A stretch of DNA of 64,000 nucleotides, taken from positions 434,001 to 498,000 of the forward strand of contig JAPETS010000015.1 of the NCBI GenBank assembly GCA_026023565.1, given 5' to 3'. Source of the DNA: Cirrosporium novae-zelandiae (lineage: Eukaryota). The notes below the pieces were generated by a model. It saw nothing but the letters and a program-made list of their open reading frames with translations, had not been told where the DNA came from and searched no databases. Of the stretch, positions 12,537 through 27,095 are shown in pieces. Position numbers and translations under genes: made by a program. Each line of letters opens with the position of its first letter. Within the stretch, counting starts at the first letter, position 1.

Positions 12537-13701
12537 ATGCTGTCATGGCTCCCCTCCCTTCCATATCCACCATCACGGGCAGGGTACTGGCATCCGGTAA
12601 CATCCACCTTGAATTGGTGTGAAGAAGTATGTCTGCCAAATCCCGATCACTTTCTCCATTTGCAATCGAGTCCGAAACCAAGGACTGACGATTTTAATAC
12701 CTTAGGACTATTATGCAACCATCTATTCCGCTGAAATCGTGAACACCGTGACGAACGTACTATTTCTCTGGCTCGGCGTGAAGGGAATAATGAGCAGCAT
12801 AAAAAATGCACATGATACAGTTTTCCTCATTGCTTATGTTGGTTATTTCCTTGTTGGCATTGGAAGCTTTCTCTTCCATGCCACACTCAAGTGTATGGCC
12901 ACACGTTGCTATTGACATGGGTATTTAATCGCTAATGCGCATTACTTCGAACAGACCCCATGCAACTTGTCGATGAGCTCTCTATGATATACACTACCTG
13001 CATAATGGTGTGGGCAACGTTCTCGCACGCGAAACATCGCCCAATCCCATTACTCATAGGTATTGGGTTGGCTGGTTTGGCAGTATTCATTACCCTCTAT
13101 TACCATTATCTTCAAGATCCTGCCTTTCATCAGAATGCCTATGCACTTTTAACGTTCGTTGTTGTGTTTCGCGGTATGTGGGTGATGGAGCATAGCTTGC
13201 GCCCTTGGATACGAGATCGCCAAAATGGGCGCAGTGAACGTCGTTACCAGCATGAAGATGTCACATTGCTGGCAGAGTACAAGCGAGCGAATGATCGTGA
13301 CGAAAAGATATTGCGTTTGATGTGGGGTATGATAGGTTGTGGGCTTTCGATATTTTTGGGAGGCTTCGCCATTTGGACTTTAGACAACGAGTTCTGTTCA
13401 GGCTTGCGCCAATGGAGACATCAAATCGGACTTCCATGGGGGATGCTTTTAGAAGGGCATGGCTGGTGGTGAGTTCTATCATGGCTGAACACTTCTAAGA
13501 AGCTAATGGAAACCTAGGCACATTATGACGGGAGTTGGTGCATATTTCTATATTACATGGGGCCTCTGGCTTCGTCATTGCCTCAATGGAAAACAGGATG
13601 AATACGAGCTTCGATGGCCTCATTACTGGTCTATTCCAGAGGTTGTTCGCATAGGAGTCGGTAAGGAGGAGCAGACTGGCGGGATTAAGAAGACCATATA
13701 G
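12537..13701 (+). CDS. Alkaline ceramidase (Ypc1/Ydc1 family, CREST superfamily), 4 exons
   Basis: GYWHPVTSTLNWCEE|DYYATIYSAEIVNT, GSFLFHATLK, MQLVDELSMIY and LEGHGWW|HIMTG motifs; C-terminal KKTI fits a KKxx ER-retrieval signal. Confidence 0.93.
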
Positions 13702-14241
13702 ATGATTGTCATTATACCCGACACCATCTTGCTGGTTTCATGTGCGGCGGGCAGTAACTGGGAGACCCTTCCATAGAATTCCTGCCATACTTAAGTGAAG
13801 ATGCCTAGGTAGTTAAGTTCAAAAGGGATGAAGGAAAGTTGATTGGGTCTGATAGCAGGATGACGTGAAATCGAGTTGTACTTATTAGAATGATGATCCT
13901 TTTTATAGAATTTAGGTGAATAGTATTCCAGTTCAAACTTGAAGAGTTAGCGATACCAAAGGCTACAGTATGTCGAATAGAAGAATATCTAATAGGCAAG
14001 TTTCAACATGGTTTGCGTGGTTGGTTTATGGGGTTGGTGGGTGAGTACGGTGGGATATTGTGCAACTGTGGTCTGTACAGGTCTCCGAAGAATGATGCAG
14101 ATAGGCATAGGCGAAGCTCAAGGATTCCAACCTCAAATCGGGAATCTAGCTTCATCGCTGCTAATATCAAAATTAAGGAAATATCTGGGCTTCGAGAATG
14201 CGTCTTCGGCCGACTTTGAATCGACAAATTCCCTCTCCACC

Positions 14242-17200
14242 ATGGACGCATATCCACCGGACTACATTACCCACAATCTTCCCCTCATAGTCCTGTCCGG
14301 ATTGACACCTGATCGTGAGTTGACCGACGATGCTAACGCAGCTTCATACCCTCTCCTATACGAGAAAGGAGCTAGGGTAACTTGTGAACTACCTCCGCTG
14401 GAAGGCAGAACGGCGGATAGAATAAAACAAACCTTTTTCGAAGCAGATGCTAGCAATGCATCATGGAACAGCAGAAATGCCAATGGTTTTATCGGCTATC
14501 ATATGAAGACTATTGGGCGGGTAGGTCAGGACTCCCCCTTGAAGACATTTTTGCCACAACGTGGCCTATTCAAAGCGCTTCTATTACCGGATCTAACTAT
14601 CGTTCTAGTCATATATTCTCCCGCCTAGAAAAGCCGAACCCCCACCATCTTCTCCCTCGCTGTTGTCCTTTCATAATGGCAGAGGAACCCCCCCGACTCT
14701 TCATTCGCCGCTGTCCCCCTTAACGCCTAGCTCTGCGGTGTTTCCGGACGGAATGATGACCTCAAAATGGATAACGAAACACCAGAATTTACTACCTTCG
14801 GCATTTATATCCTTTTTCTCATTTAGTTCAGACCAGACCCGGGATTCTCTTCAGGACAACCAATTGAAAACGGAAATTAATTACATCCGAAGCACTTTGA
14901 CATCTTCCGGTTATAGAATAAGACTGGCGGTCGTTTTAGTTGGTGACAGCTCGGTGGAAGAGGCAGAAATAGAGGAAAGGTTGATCAATATCAGAAGGGC
15001 CACAAACCTCGACTCTAAGCACTCGTTCTTTTTCTTACCTCCTGATCGCTCTCAGTCGGAGATGCGAGCGTTGGTCAGGGCAATACTTTCAGCTTTGCAA
15101 CCGACTTGTGTGGAATACTATCGAGATCTATCTAAACATGCACGACGAAAGAGGAATCGGGGAAGCATTCCTCCACCAACAGCTCCGCCAACGTCTGGTA
15201 CTTCCCAAACGCTCCAAATACAGGGTTGGAATGTCAGATACGAATTCAAATTGGGGGTATTTGCCGAGTTTCGACAAGAAATGGATGCAGCCTGTCGAAA
15301 TTATGAAGGAGCATATGAAAATTTGATCGGTCCAGATGTATTTGAAACAATAGCTGGATGGAGTCCTCGATTTGATGAGGCTAGGCTACTTGCAGACGTC
15401 ATTGCTATTCGCATAATTCGATGTCTCCTATGGAACAATCAAACTACATCGGCTGTGAGAGTATGGGACACTCACAAAAACAGACTACGTTATCTCGTTG
15501 ATACTCATGGGAAAGGTTCCTCAAATTATGGTTGGGAAGCGTGGGAGGCAAGGTGGACTACTATCATGGCTGAAATTATTCGAAGGGTTGACCTTCCAAT
15601 CTTCCGCATTCCTCAACCTGATGAGGAGGGTTCATTAGCTCTGGTAGCATTGTTTTCACCTCCCGAGAAAGCATTCCCGACTGGCGAGCGGCTAAGTCCC
15701 TGGGAGTACCTCCATCATGAAGGCTACTGGCTGAACCAGTCAATAGGACACACGATGGCTCGCCGATCATTGGCAGAAGACATGTCAGAAGATGACAGGC
15801 GGCCACCTGGTCAATCACCAGCCTCGTTAGTTGCCAGTAGGTCTCATCTCTATGACACTTATTTGTGCCCGGAACCTCATGTAGAATTGCCTCTCTCGGG
15901 AAAACAGGGGTTTGATCATTCGAAACTAATTATATCTACACTTTCTTCATCAATTGACAGCTTCTCGAAGCGGAGTCAAAGAAGGGAGGTAGAAAATCTA
16001 AGATTATCGTTGGCCAAAGAACAGATGCGGAGGCACAGGTGGAACGACGCTTTGAAAATTCTGAGAGAACTTTGGATAAACATGTCATGGCGGAGATCAG
16101 GCTGGTGGTACTTGGCAGAAGAAGTTGGATGGGCGTTTCGTCAGTGTGCAATTAACGCTAAGGATGGTTTGAGTGTTTTGGCTGTTGATTGGGAATTGAT
16201 GAACAAAGGTATGTTTAGCCAACCCTTCTACATTTTGAATATCCTGGGGGTGAGTAAATGCTAACATCACTTAGTCTTTACCATTCGACCCGACTGGAAG
16301 TATGATATCAGTAAAAGTCTCAGTAGTATCCCTACTAGTGACCATAAAGTGGAGGTTGTCTTACAATCCCACGAGGTGATCTCTTGTTGTAAGTAGTCTA
16401 TCAGTCATATAACAATGCATATTCCCTAACAAGGAATAGTATCCGCATCGCTGTCTTTCGAAAAGTCAGAGGGTAATGTTGGTGAGCCATTGTCAGAACA
16501 ACTGACCATAATTTCAAATGCACATAAGATTTCAGCATCGATTAGACTTGCACGTGTCAAAATCGAGTTTGAAGGCCCTCTGCAACCGATATATATTGAC
16601 CATAAGCCCTGGCCAGATGTTGAAACATCATCAAGCGTGGGGAAGAGATCAATCTCGAATATAGATCTTGAAGAGAAATCCTCGCTTATCGAAGCATCTG
16701 AAGACGTTTCTGAGAATACCTCAGCGGGATCTATTTCCTTGTGGAAAGGATCGACTGATCTCATATTTCCTGCCGCCGTAGTGAAAGCCTTTAACTTCAA
16801 TATTGTACCGAGAGAATCTGGAAACGTCAGGGTATCTTCAATAACTCTCACGGCCTCGGACGAACGTTACAACCTTGACTTGGTTGATTCTCTAAAATAC
16901 CGGACAGAGAGGCTAGCAACTTGGTGGTTCGAAAGCAACTCGGGTCCAAGGTCCAAGAAAATTGGCAAAGATCGAGATGTCACGACCATTAAAATCTTAC
17001 CGAAGCCACCTAAAGTCCAAGTATGGCTACCGAATCTGAGACAGATTTTCTATACCGATGAGCAAATAGACTTGGAGGTTGAGATTGCAAATGAGGAGGA
17101 AGAAACAATAGATGGATTCATCAAAGTTCGATTAGATGGGCCAACAGGCGGTGATCCTAAGCTTTCTTGGGCCAAGAAGTTTGTGACTGGGGCGGGTGAC

Positions 17201-18385
17201 CGTGACTCTGTCTCATTATCAGCTATTTCCGACGACGAAGGCCTCCATATCGCAACCATCTCCCTAGGTCAACTCTCCGTATCTACTCGCATTGCCAACA
17301 TACTTTCCCTCTCCTCCATTATCCAACCGACCGACTACGTTCTCTCTCTCTCGGTAGACTATCACCTCCTCTCTGACCCAACAACTCCCTTGACTAAAAC
17401 TATAACCGCCGATCTTGCCTTCACAAACCCATTCTCCCTCACCTATGATTTCTCACAACGCCTTCATCCATCCCCTTGGCCTGATTACTTCTCTCTCCCC
17501 TCAGACGACGGGAAAGGGCTGACAGACTTGATCCAACGCTGGGCCTTTGAACCCACCATAACATCGCAAGCCAATGAACCACTCTTAATCACTTCGCTTG
17601 AGCTCCAGGCTCTGGAAACGAGCCCCAATATCAGCTGCTCGATACTATCACACACACCTCTCTCGGAGGGTCACAAAATTAACCCCAATGAGACACATAC
17701 CCACCCTTTCATTCTTGATACCCACAAACCAGATATCCAAGATCGGCGATCTGGATCTCTCGCTCTCGTGCTGGCAATAACATGGACACGGTTGTCTTCG
17801 TTCTCATCCACCGCTTCCCCCGCAGCAACAGCAACAATTGTGGACCCAAGTTCCCCCTCCATCCTAACTACAACCGAAATCCACCTTCCTCCACTCAACT
17901 TCCCAACCTCCGAACCCCGTGTCCTACTCACTACCATCCCCTCCCCAATATTAACAGCCACAACCCTCCTCTACACGCTCGAAAACCCTTCCCTCCATGC
18001 TCTTACATTCTCTCTAACTATGGATGCAGACGAGAACTTTGCGTTCTCCGGGCCGAAAGCAATTAACATCCAACTACTACCATTTTCGCGATCTAGCGTG
18101 TGGTACACAATTCTTGATATTAAGGCTGGTGGAACGGAAAAGCGGATGTCGGGCACAAATCTGGCGGAGAAGAGGGAGAGTATCAAGGCAATGGAGAAGG
18201 CCAAAAAGGGAAGGTGGGTTGATGTTCATTTGGTTGTCTTGGATGTCTACTTCCAGAAAGCGTTGCGCGTGCTGCCGGCAGGACCGCGAGTCAAGAGTGT
18301 TGGTGGTAAAGCTCCAGGGGCGGGAATAAGCGTGTGGGTCGGAGATGGAGAGCCTGAGGAGAGCGAGGTAATTGCGACAAGCTGA
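14242..18385 (+). CDS. TRAPP complex subunit 11 (Foie gras / Gryzun domains), multi-exon
   Basis: Start MDAYPPDYITHNLPLIVLSGL; YYRDLSKHARRKRNR; GWNVRYEFKLGVFAEFRQE; C-terminal LENPSLHALTFSLTMDADENFAFSGPK. The ORFs are linked by short GT-AG introns. Confidence 0.88.
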
Positions 18386-18820
18386 CTAGCTAGGAAGATA
18401 TTACTAGAGGGAGCGTAATAGACAAATATATGTACGGATTATTTTTGACGACGTATTGAATGAGGTAATATCATGTATCCCTCGGGCTCGGGTATGATTT
18501 TGATCTGATTTCGTTTCGTCGAAGCTGATTACAGCACTGAATAGACCAGTCGCTATAGGCTCGCCTAGTCTAGTATCATAGTAAAATACACCCAAGAAAA
18601 ATCCCCTAGAAGAGTAAACTAAGTGCTGCGCATAGAACCGAAAAAAAGCTAGTCCATCAAATTGCCTTCTCAAGTTATCACTTTGGAATATGTTCTGACA
18701 CCGGAATATAAACACCGGAAATATATATTTATAAGAAGAAAAAAACGACGCAAGCCATTTCCTCGCCCCTAGTCGTGGATCTTGAGGCTATCGGATTTTC
18801 CCAGACTCGAGGCTACCCTG

Positions 18821-21800
18821 CTATGTGTCCACATCTTCCATAGCGACATCTCCGCCTTCGGCTTGCCCAGCTAGTTCTTTTTCAGCTAGCGAGGTTTTCA
18901 CACTCTTATTCGCATCGCCGCCATCTTTGCTAGTAACCCCCCCCTCTGTTTCACTCCCATGGCTCCCACTTGCTCTTTTGGTTCCTAATTCCCACTCCCT
19001 CGTCACGTGATTATCCTCGCAAAATCCCCTCACATTTATCACATGGAGAAAGCCCCTTGCCCAATCTGTCAATTTCATGTCCTGTCCTTCTTTGCCCCCA
19101 TGCACGAGATAGAATCTTCTATGATTGGCAACCTGTCCATTAGCCCATTGTGTAAACGCTTGAGCGAGCTGGTCGTCGTTACGCTCGCACTGCGTCCAGT
19201 CGGGTGGCGAAACACGAGTTCCGTACTGAGGCCAGAAGTAAGAGGGGACAGAGATGGCGCGCGTAGAGCCGTAGGTTTCAGCTTCAGAAGGGGAAATAGC
19301 AGCATTGGGGAGATGAGGGAAGATGACTTTGTAGATTCTTTTCAAGCGGTCGTCTACTTTCCCGTCTTGCACCTCGCTCTCGTGTGCAAGCTGTCTTAGC
19401 CAGTCCTTGAATCCCGGCGGTAGAAAAAGCCGGAAGTGTTTTCCAACTCTGCTCTCTACATGTTTCGCGAAGAATTCGCATATGAATGCTGCGTCACTTA
19501 GGTTTTGCTTGAAAAGTGATTCCGGAATGCAAACAGCAAAGCCGTATCTGAAAAGTTGGGTGATATATGGTTCGCCTGGTGGAGGGTGCAGGTCGACAGA
19601 ATATATATGGTAGAACCGTTTTAGTAATTGGAACAGACCAGGGATAGAGGGAAAATCTTTGAAAGAGGAGTGGAACTAGAGAATGAAGTTAGTGGAGTTA
19701 GAGAAAATAGAATACAAGATAAATTTCAAACAGAATAAACTTACCAACACCACTCCTGTCCTAGTATCACACTTGAACCCAGACCATTGTTGGTATCGCT
19801 CAGCATATACTTTACCGCTGTGGCGCCCGATATACTTAATCCAGCGATCACACTCGGCCTCGCCATTGGGCGAATCGGGAAAATGTAGGAAGAAATTATC
19901 AGGAATTCTATCTGGCCTTATTGGACCCTGCACTGGTGGCAAAAGCTCTTTATATACAATACTGTATCTTTTACGGAACATGTCATCAATATCTTTGTAA
20001 AGATTTTTGGTTTCTTGCTCCATTTCCGGTTGTTCGTCTGCTGTAATGCAAGTAATGTGTTGTTCAGAATCGGCGCCAAGTTCTGTTTGAGGGATTGTCT
20101 CACTCTGAAGTGGAGAATGGGGTTGGGATCGTGGCAATTCTGGTTGTGGAGATAGGTGAGGTCGAGGTAATTGTGGATCTGATATTTGCTGTTCATTGAT
20201 TGTTGTTTGCTGTTCTGGTCTATCGGGCAAGGAAGGCTCTTCGCAATCAGAGCCATGGCCTACACCTGAACCTTCTCCTTTGTCAAGTTGCTGCAAGGGC
20301 AGTAACTTGAAACTTGTATCTGGAGGGAAAATTCGATCGACTTCTGTTGGGATGAATCTGAAATATTGGATCACAAAAAACCTCAGCCTTGGTTGGAAGG
20401 GATCATCTGAACGAGTTACGCGAGGATCCGGGTCCCATTCATACATCTGAGAGGGATACATAATGAATGTTACTTTCACACGATCAGTCGTTATATGACA
20501 TACAGCACCAAGGCGCCTCTGTGCCAGCGTGTCTGCAAGCACCTCCATCCTTTTTAGAACCTTTTCTCTATATTCGTACGGCTTATCAGAGAAAACATCG
20601 ATTTCACCACTACATATCCTGTTCGCCTATGATAAACGAGTTATATTAAAATCTTCTAGCCGCGAAAGTAGGTAAACTCACGGTGTAAGCCATAGAGGTC
20701 TTAAAAAATTCTAGATTGCAAAAGCTGTTAAAACGCAATTCGGGCGATTCGTCATCCATTTTGTAATCCTTTAAGACGGCAAAAATGAATTTATTTACCC
20801 CTATAAAGAAGACGTCCCCTATCGGCTCCTTTTTCGCGCTTACAGTCAGGTAAACCCAAATATGCCCGAATGGATATTTACCCTTCCGAATATAAGGGGC
20901 TTCACTTGATAATGGGTACGAAGCCGCAGTAGGATGTTTGTGGTCCCTAGTCAAAAAACTACTATCTTGTGCTCGAGACATCCGAGGTGATTCTGGTGAG
21001 TTAAATTTTTCGGCATCACCTTGAGTTAGACTTTTGGATACTATTAGGGTCTTTGAAGGAGAAGCTAGGAGCAGAGTAGGGGAAGTAGAAGGACATAGCG
21101 GTTGTAGTTTCTGCATAGGAGCTTCCTGCGGCTTGTAGCTGTCCTGTATTCCTGTCCGAGGATTCTCTCGAATCAAAGTGTCGTATGTTATTGCAGGTGG
21201 CCTCGGTTGTATTTTTAGTTCTGGGTCTAATGACGACTCATTTGTCAAGTTTCGTTGTTCAATCGATATCTGACCCAGCTGAGAACTCAGCTTTTGGCTG
21301 AGGCTAGATGAGGAAAACAGAGAGTCGTGGTCCGCTTTAGGCGATGAATTTGATACCTCTAGAGCTGCTGATTTCGGTTCTTGGTGATATCCATCTAAGG
21401 AGTCATTTATGTAGGCAGTACCATCCTTACCAGGGGAAGCTTTATTTTTTGCCTTGGCAACATTTTGCTGTAGGATCATTTGAAAAGGACTTATGGTCTC
21501 GGTCGGGGTTAGAATAGACTTCTGGGGCTTCGGCTTGAGGTCTCCGGGACGAATCAGCGTTAAGTCGCTTAGTGCTGGAGTATTTTCTCTGATGGAAGCT
21601 TTATGATATCTGTATACTCCAGCAGCTGTCTTTGGTATCGCTAGTTTACCATCGGTTGGATTTTGAGGTAGCTTCTGTACCTTTTTTTGAGCGTCCCAAT
21701 TCTTGAAGATACCAGGACCAGTAACGACGGATCTAGCAGGCCTCCCACGCGGTGCCGGTCCAGGTTTCCTCTTCACCGGATTCGAAGGCCGTGGAAGTTG

Positions 21801-22475
21801 TCGCACAGGCTGGCTTTTGGGGAATTTTTTCGGCTTTTCTTTTGGTAATCGTCGCAATGGTGCACCGTCATCCTCGCTTATATCATTAGCATCTAAAGTT
21901 TCTGGTGCTACCTTCTGGCGAACTCCTTTTGGATTATTTGCACTGGATTTATCTGTCTTTCTGGTGTTATTGCGTTCTTTCTGTGGATAGGTTAGTAACA
22001 GATGTTATGCCCCTAACCATGTACTAATGCTTGCCTCTTTTAATTCATTGTGCCTAGCCTCGGCAGCTTCGAGTGCCATCCTGGCCTTCTTCTCCTTTCT
22101 CTTCATCCTGCGTAATTTACTTCGTTCTTCAAGTTGGTTTTGCCGATGCTCCCAAGCATCAACATCAAACGCCTTGACTTTACCTGCTCGTATCCGTTTT
22201 CTTTGCTCCTTCCAATCTTCCAGCGGCTGTGTTTCGAGAAATGAAGACCGAGGCTCCCAGGAGCACCTATCATCGGGATATCCTGCCCATCTGACAAGGT
22301 ATTCCCTATCTTTGAAGGTACCTTTTTGACCAAGAATACACTCCACCTGATACTCATCATCATCGTCATGCTCACTCGCAATGGTAGAAGTCAAAGATAT
22401 CGAGTCATCATCACTCTCATGATTCTGTATTGATCGTCGCTGGGGAAACACATCTTGAGAGACTAGTCGAGACAT
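18821..22475 (-). CDS. Chromodomain protein with AT-hook-like motif and probable C-terminal SPOC-like region (Chp1-like), 4 exons
   Basis: N-terminal chromodomain EYQVECILGQK..EYLVRWAGYPDDRCSWEPRSSF; PRGRP motif; four ORF segments join in frame. The Chp1/SPOC label is an inference from architecture. Confidence 0.75.
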
Positions 22476-23301
22476 GTCTAGGAATTGCGATTAATGTTTA
22501 GAGAAGTGAAGAATGTGAAAAGCAATAGGTTAGAAGAAGTTTAAAAAACATTAGACAACTATGAGGGATGTTAACCCTCGAGATGAAAATACCGAGTAAT
22601 TTCGTGATTTGGCGTATGTATTGCTGAATCGTTTTTGAGAAGTGGCTTCATCAGGATAGAAAACAATAAGTTGTATGAGATGAAGTAGCAGCAAGGTTTT
22701 CCCTCGCGGGCCATTACCTTAACATGCAACGGAGCTCAAGAACTGGCAATTATATATTGCCATTCAGTAAACATCCTGTTAAGAATTTGGTATTTGACAG
22801 TTATTCTTGGGGGGGAAGGGTGTTTTCAAATTAATGACCTTAGATGAGCAAAGAGAGAACTGTCAGGCATCTATTACCCTGGACATAATAATTAACAGAA
22901 ATATGAAGTCTGTCTAGGAATGGATGTAGAAAATGAAACAAGTTCACGATCATTTTCCTATCAGCCAACCGGTGTTGGAGCTTAAGCAGGAAACAGTACC
23001 CAGGTCACGTGAACATACCTCCTGGTCTGCTTGGTCCTCGTAAGTGTCTCTCTTTATCTAACTACTAGTTACTGCGCGACATCAACCACCAAATAATAAC
23101 ATTGTCCACCGCCCCCCTCAAATAACTCCATCCAGAATCGCTAAATTTTGCACCACAATTTAAATTTCTTACGCCTGACGGCCTCTCGGTGAGTTAATGC
23201 CCTATGCGAATTACGGCTATGTTTTTGATAAATGCAACTAATACTAATCATCCAAGTGACCCCTTCCACCTCCTCCCCCCTTTGGGCCTAGGCAGAGCAT
23301 C

Positions 23302-24210
<909 letters not shown>

Positions 24211-25113
24211 GCATTTTTTCCCTACCACAGTCTGCACAACCTTTTTCTTTCACATATTCGTGCAGGCTGTTTGGTATCTATTCTCATGATTGTCCTGCCA
24301 TGGTCGGCGTTCTTACTGCTAGGAAGTGATGATTAATTGGTCGGATTGATCAAGTAGTACTTTTTTTTACAATAAACGAAGTTCATCACAGCCATGTGGA
24401 TCATATTTGAAGAGCTCCCGATAAATCCGTGATAAATGCGCTACCTCTGAAGATTCGCCTTTGCCCATTTTTAATGTTATTTAAGGGTTATTTCGGCATG
24501 CTTTTCATGATATCAAAGCTCACCTGACAGGAGTAGCGTCAACGTTGGCTAGACTTTATCTGAAAACTTAGTCAAATAGTTGGCTAGTCTCCAAAGTTCT
24601 AAAACCTGAGGGCATCATGATTCCTCAATTGCTTCCTGGAAGTGAAATGAAAGAATGCAAGTCAATCCTATTAGAGTATACAATATGGAAGGTCCCACAA
24701 AGAAATAATTAGACTATTTATTCCCTTGTCTTTCGTACGTGGCCTTCCATCTGTCAAACTTCTTGGTCCCTGATGTCAGACCGAATTTGGACTAGTGTAT
24801 TATGCTTATTCTAAAGCCCTACTTTACATTTCCTCCCTAAACTTTATACATGCATTGTTCATCCTTAGAACTCCTTCCCTACCCTATCATCACTTAAAAT
24901 CCCCATAGTCTAAGATTAGCCATGGCGGAAATTAGAGTTCGAGCTATCTGATATGATATGAATTTCGCTAGTTTTCAGCTTGACCATATATCCATTAAAG
25001 CGCCTTAAGATATCTATTTTAACATTGTATATATAGTATACAAAGCTCTCATGTAGATTTCACTTCCTCATTATTAGGGTCCCTACATCTAACAAGTTCA
25101 AGGAAGATAGTAT

Positions 25114-26557
25114 CTATATCTTCGCTTTTTGTGACCTACCGTCCCAATTCATGTGCTGCTTCCATTCCTCACTAAGGGTGAGCTTTTCATGGAGAGGCGT
25201 TTGTGTCCATTCTTTGAATCTTTGTTCTTCATCTCGCCATTGAAGGAGTTCTTTGCCTATCCAGCGAGAAATACCCTCCGCGCAAGCTTTTGGGGTTTCC
25301 ATAGCTATCAAATGACCATGTTTCTCCAAGACTATTCCTTGCACCTTTCCTTCTTTGACTCCTCCGCTCCCACCAGTTCCTGACCCGGTAATATTAAGCT
25401 TCTTTTTACGAGATTTAGGTCCTGACATGGAGGAGAGGCCGCCAAAGATGTAGAGGACACTTGGTCGAATGAACGGAAGCGTATTCATTGTTCTCACAGG
25501 TTCTGGTCTGTAGAAAGGGTACACTCCTTCAAACCGTTCGGGGCCGAGATCAGGATTACGTGTGCGGTTTTCGATAGCTTTTCCATCCTTTATCTGTGCA
25601 TCAAAATTCTCGCGCACAAAGGTATGATTTTCTTGGAGTTTTGTGGTGGTGAGTGTGACGCATTTCCCTGCCTCCGTAGAATATGTCCCTGGGTATAATA
25701 GTGTAGGTAAATCTCGGAGTCCATATTTTAGCCATAAGTCCAGCACTCTCCTATCCCAGACTTGGTAGAATTTGTTTCTTTTGTGAGAGGCTATGGCTTC
25801 CTCTCGAGAAGGCCAGAGATCTCGGCGAAATGTGGATGGTCGAGCTGGTGAAGAACCTGCTGGAGAGTCCCAAGTGCTGCCTAGCACGGGATCTAGCAAT
25901 ATAAGGGTAGTAAAGAGTCGAGGATGTATTAAAGCTAGGTTCGTTCTAAGATTTAACCCGTTAGTGTATCTCACAGCTATGTCACCCAAGCCCAATAATT
26001 GGGGACCCACAGCTGACAGCCACCCATGCTATGTCCAATCCCAACAATGGGTCGGGGCATTTCAACTCGAAATTGATTGATCATTTGTAGTAGATCCCTT
26101 GTATGATCATCCCACCCAGCTAGAAAGAGATTAGAGAATTGAAAAATACATCATGGGTAGGCTAACGCTCATCTCCCAACTTCTCTTCATTTAGTACACC
26201 GCTGGCTCCTTGTTGGGCGACATCGGCAATCCATATAGAGCGGATGCGAAAGCCCAATTTGGTTGAACACTGAAGAACTTCATCCCACATTGGTTCGTAG
26301 AGCTCCTATCCAGCATATGTGAGCAGGAACAGTTCCGGGTTCGTCCTCAATTTGGGTGATACCTTTGGGAATCCATTGGCATGAGCACCAATTATAGTTA
26401 CGTCTCCAGGTTCCAGATTACTTCTGTTCTTGGGAATATATTGCTTAACGGCAAGATATAAAACATCTTCCTGCGTATGCGCGGTTCCACGGGGATATTC
26501 TCGGATATGTTGGCAAGGAACTCGATGTTCTATAATCTTGAAAAAGGCGCAAGACAT
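25114..26557 (-). CDS. Alpha/beta hydrolase (Lpx1-like), possibly peroxisomal
   Basis: HRVPCQHIREYPRGT, IIGAHANGFPK|ELYEPMWDE, nucleophile elbow GIGHSMGG (~26020-26043), HGHLIAME; ends in PTS1-like AKI. Confidence 0.85.
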
Positions 26558-26897
26558 TACGGCTGCTCAGCAATGAAATTAGAGAAGAACAGCGAAATTA
26601 AGAAGATGCAAATGAGCTATTGCATCTCCTATAATGTGGGGAATTGACATTAAATAATAAATGGAAATCCTCGAGAGCCGAGGTTCAATGAAGCTTATGA
26701 AAGGGATGTATTGTACTTAGCTCTATCTATTATATCATCAAAGAAGATAGGGCCAATAAACAAAAATAAAAAAAGTAATTAAACACAATCAACGTCTTAG
26801 AGACCCCTAAGATCAAGAAATTAAAAATCCTTTAAGTGATGGGTGGTACCGAGGTAGGCGGGGTCCAAGTCACGTGCAATTTATTAATGGTGTTAAT

Positions 26898-26920
26898 CGC
26901 GACGCGCCAATTCAACGCGT
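26898..26920. promoter_or_regulatory. MCB-like element cluster (CGCGACGCG, ACGCGT) upstream of the BRCT gene
   Basis: ACGCGT at 26915-26920 and a tandem CGCG at 26898-26906, ~180 bp before the ATG. MCB boxes are typical of G1/S and DNA-repair genes in ascomycetes. Confidence 0.5.
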
Positions 26921-27095
26921 CACAACCATATTGTAGTTTACAGACTACCAAGTATCTACCTCCATTGTCCGGGGATAGGTTTTCCATCTATTTACTTGAA
27001 GCTTCAAAACAACTACAGTATTGTATACTAGCTCTATAATTTATTCAATTTTCACCAGTGGCCACAAGAAACTCCTACTCTAAAAGCGCAAAAGC

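Noticed and set aside
14008..14241. In-frame N-terminal extension of the TRAPPC11 ORF
   Set aside because: The family-typical start MDAYP lies at 14242 in good context (CACCATGG); the upstream part looks non-coding.
24325..24450. GTGATGA...CTGA pair resembling a C/D box snoRNA downstream of YPT31
   Set aside because: No terminal stem or convincing rRNA-complementary guide; likely 3' UTR sequence.
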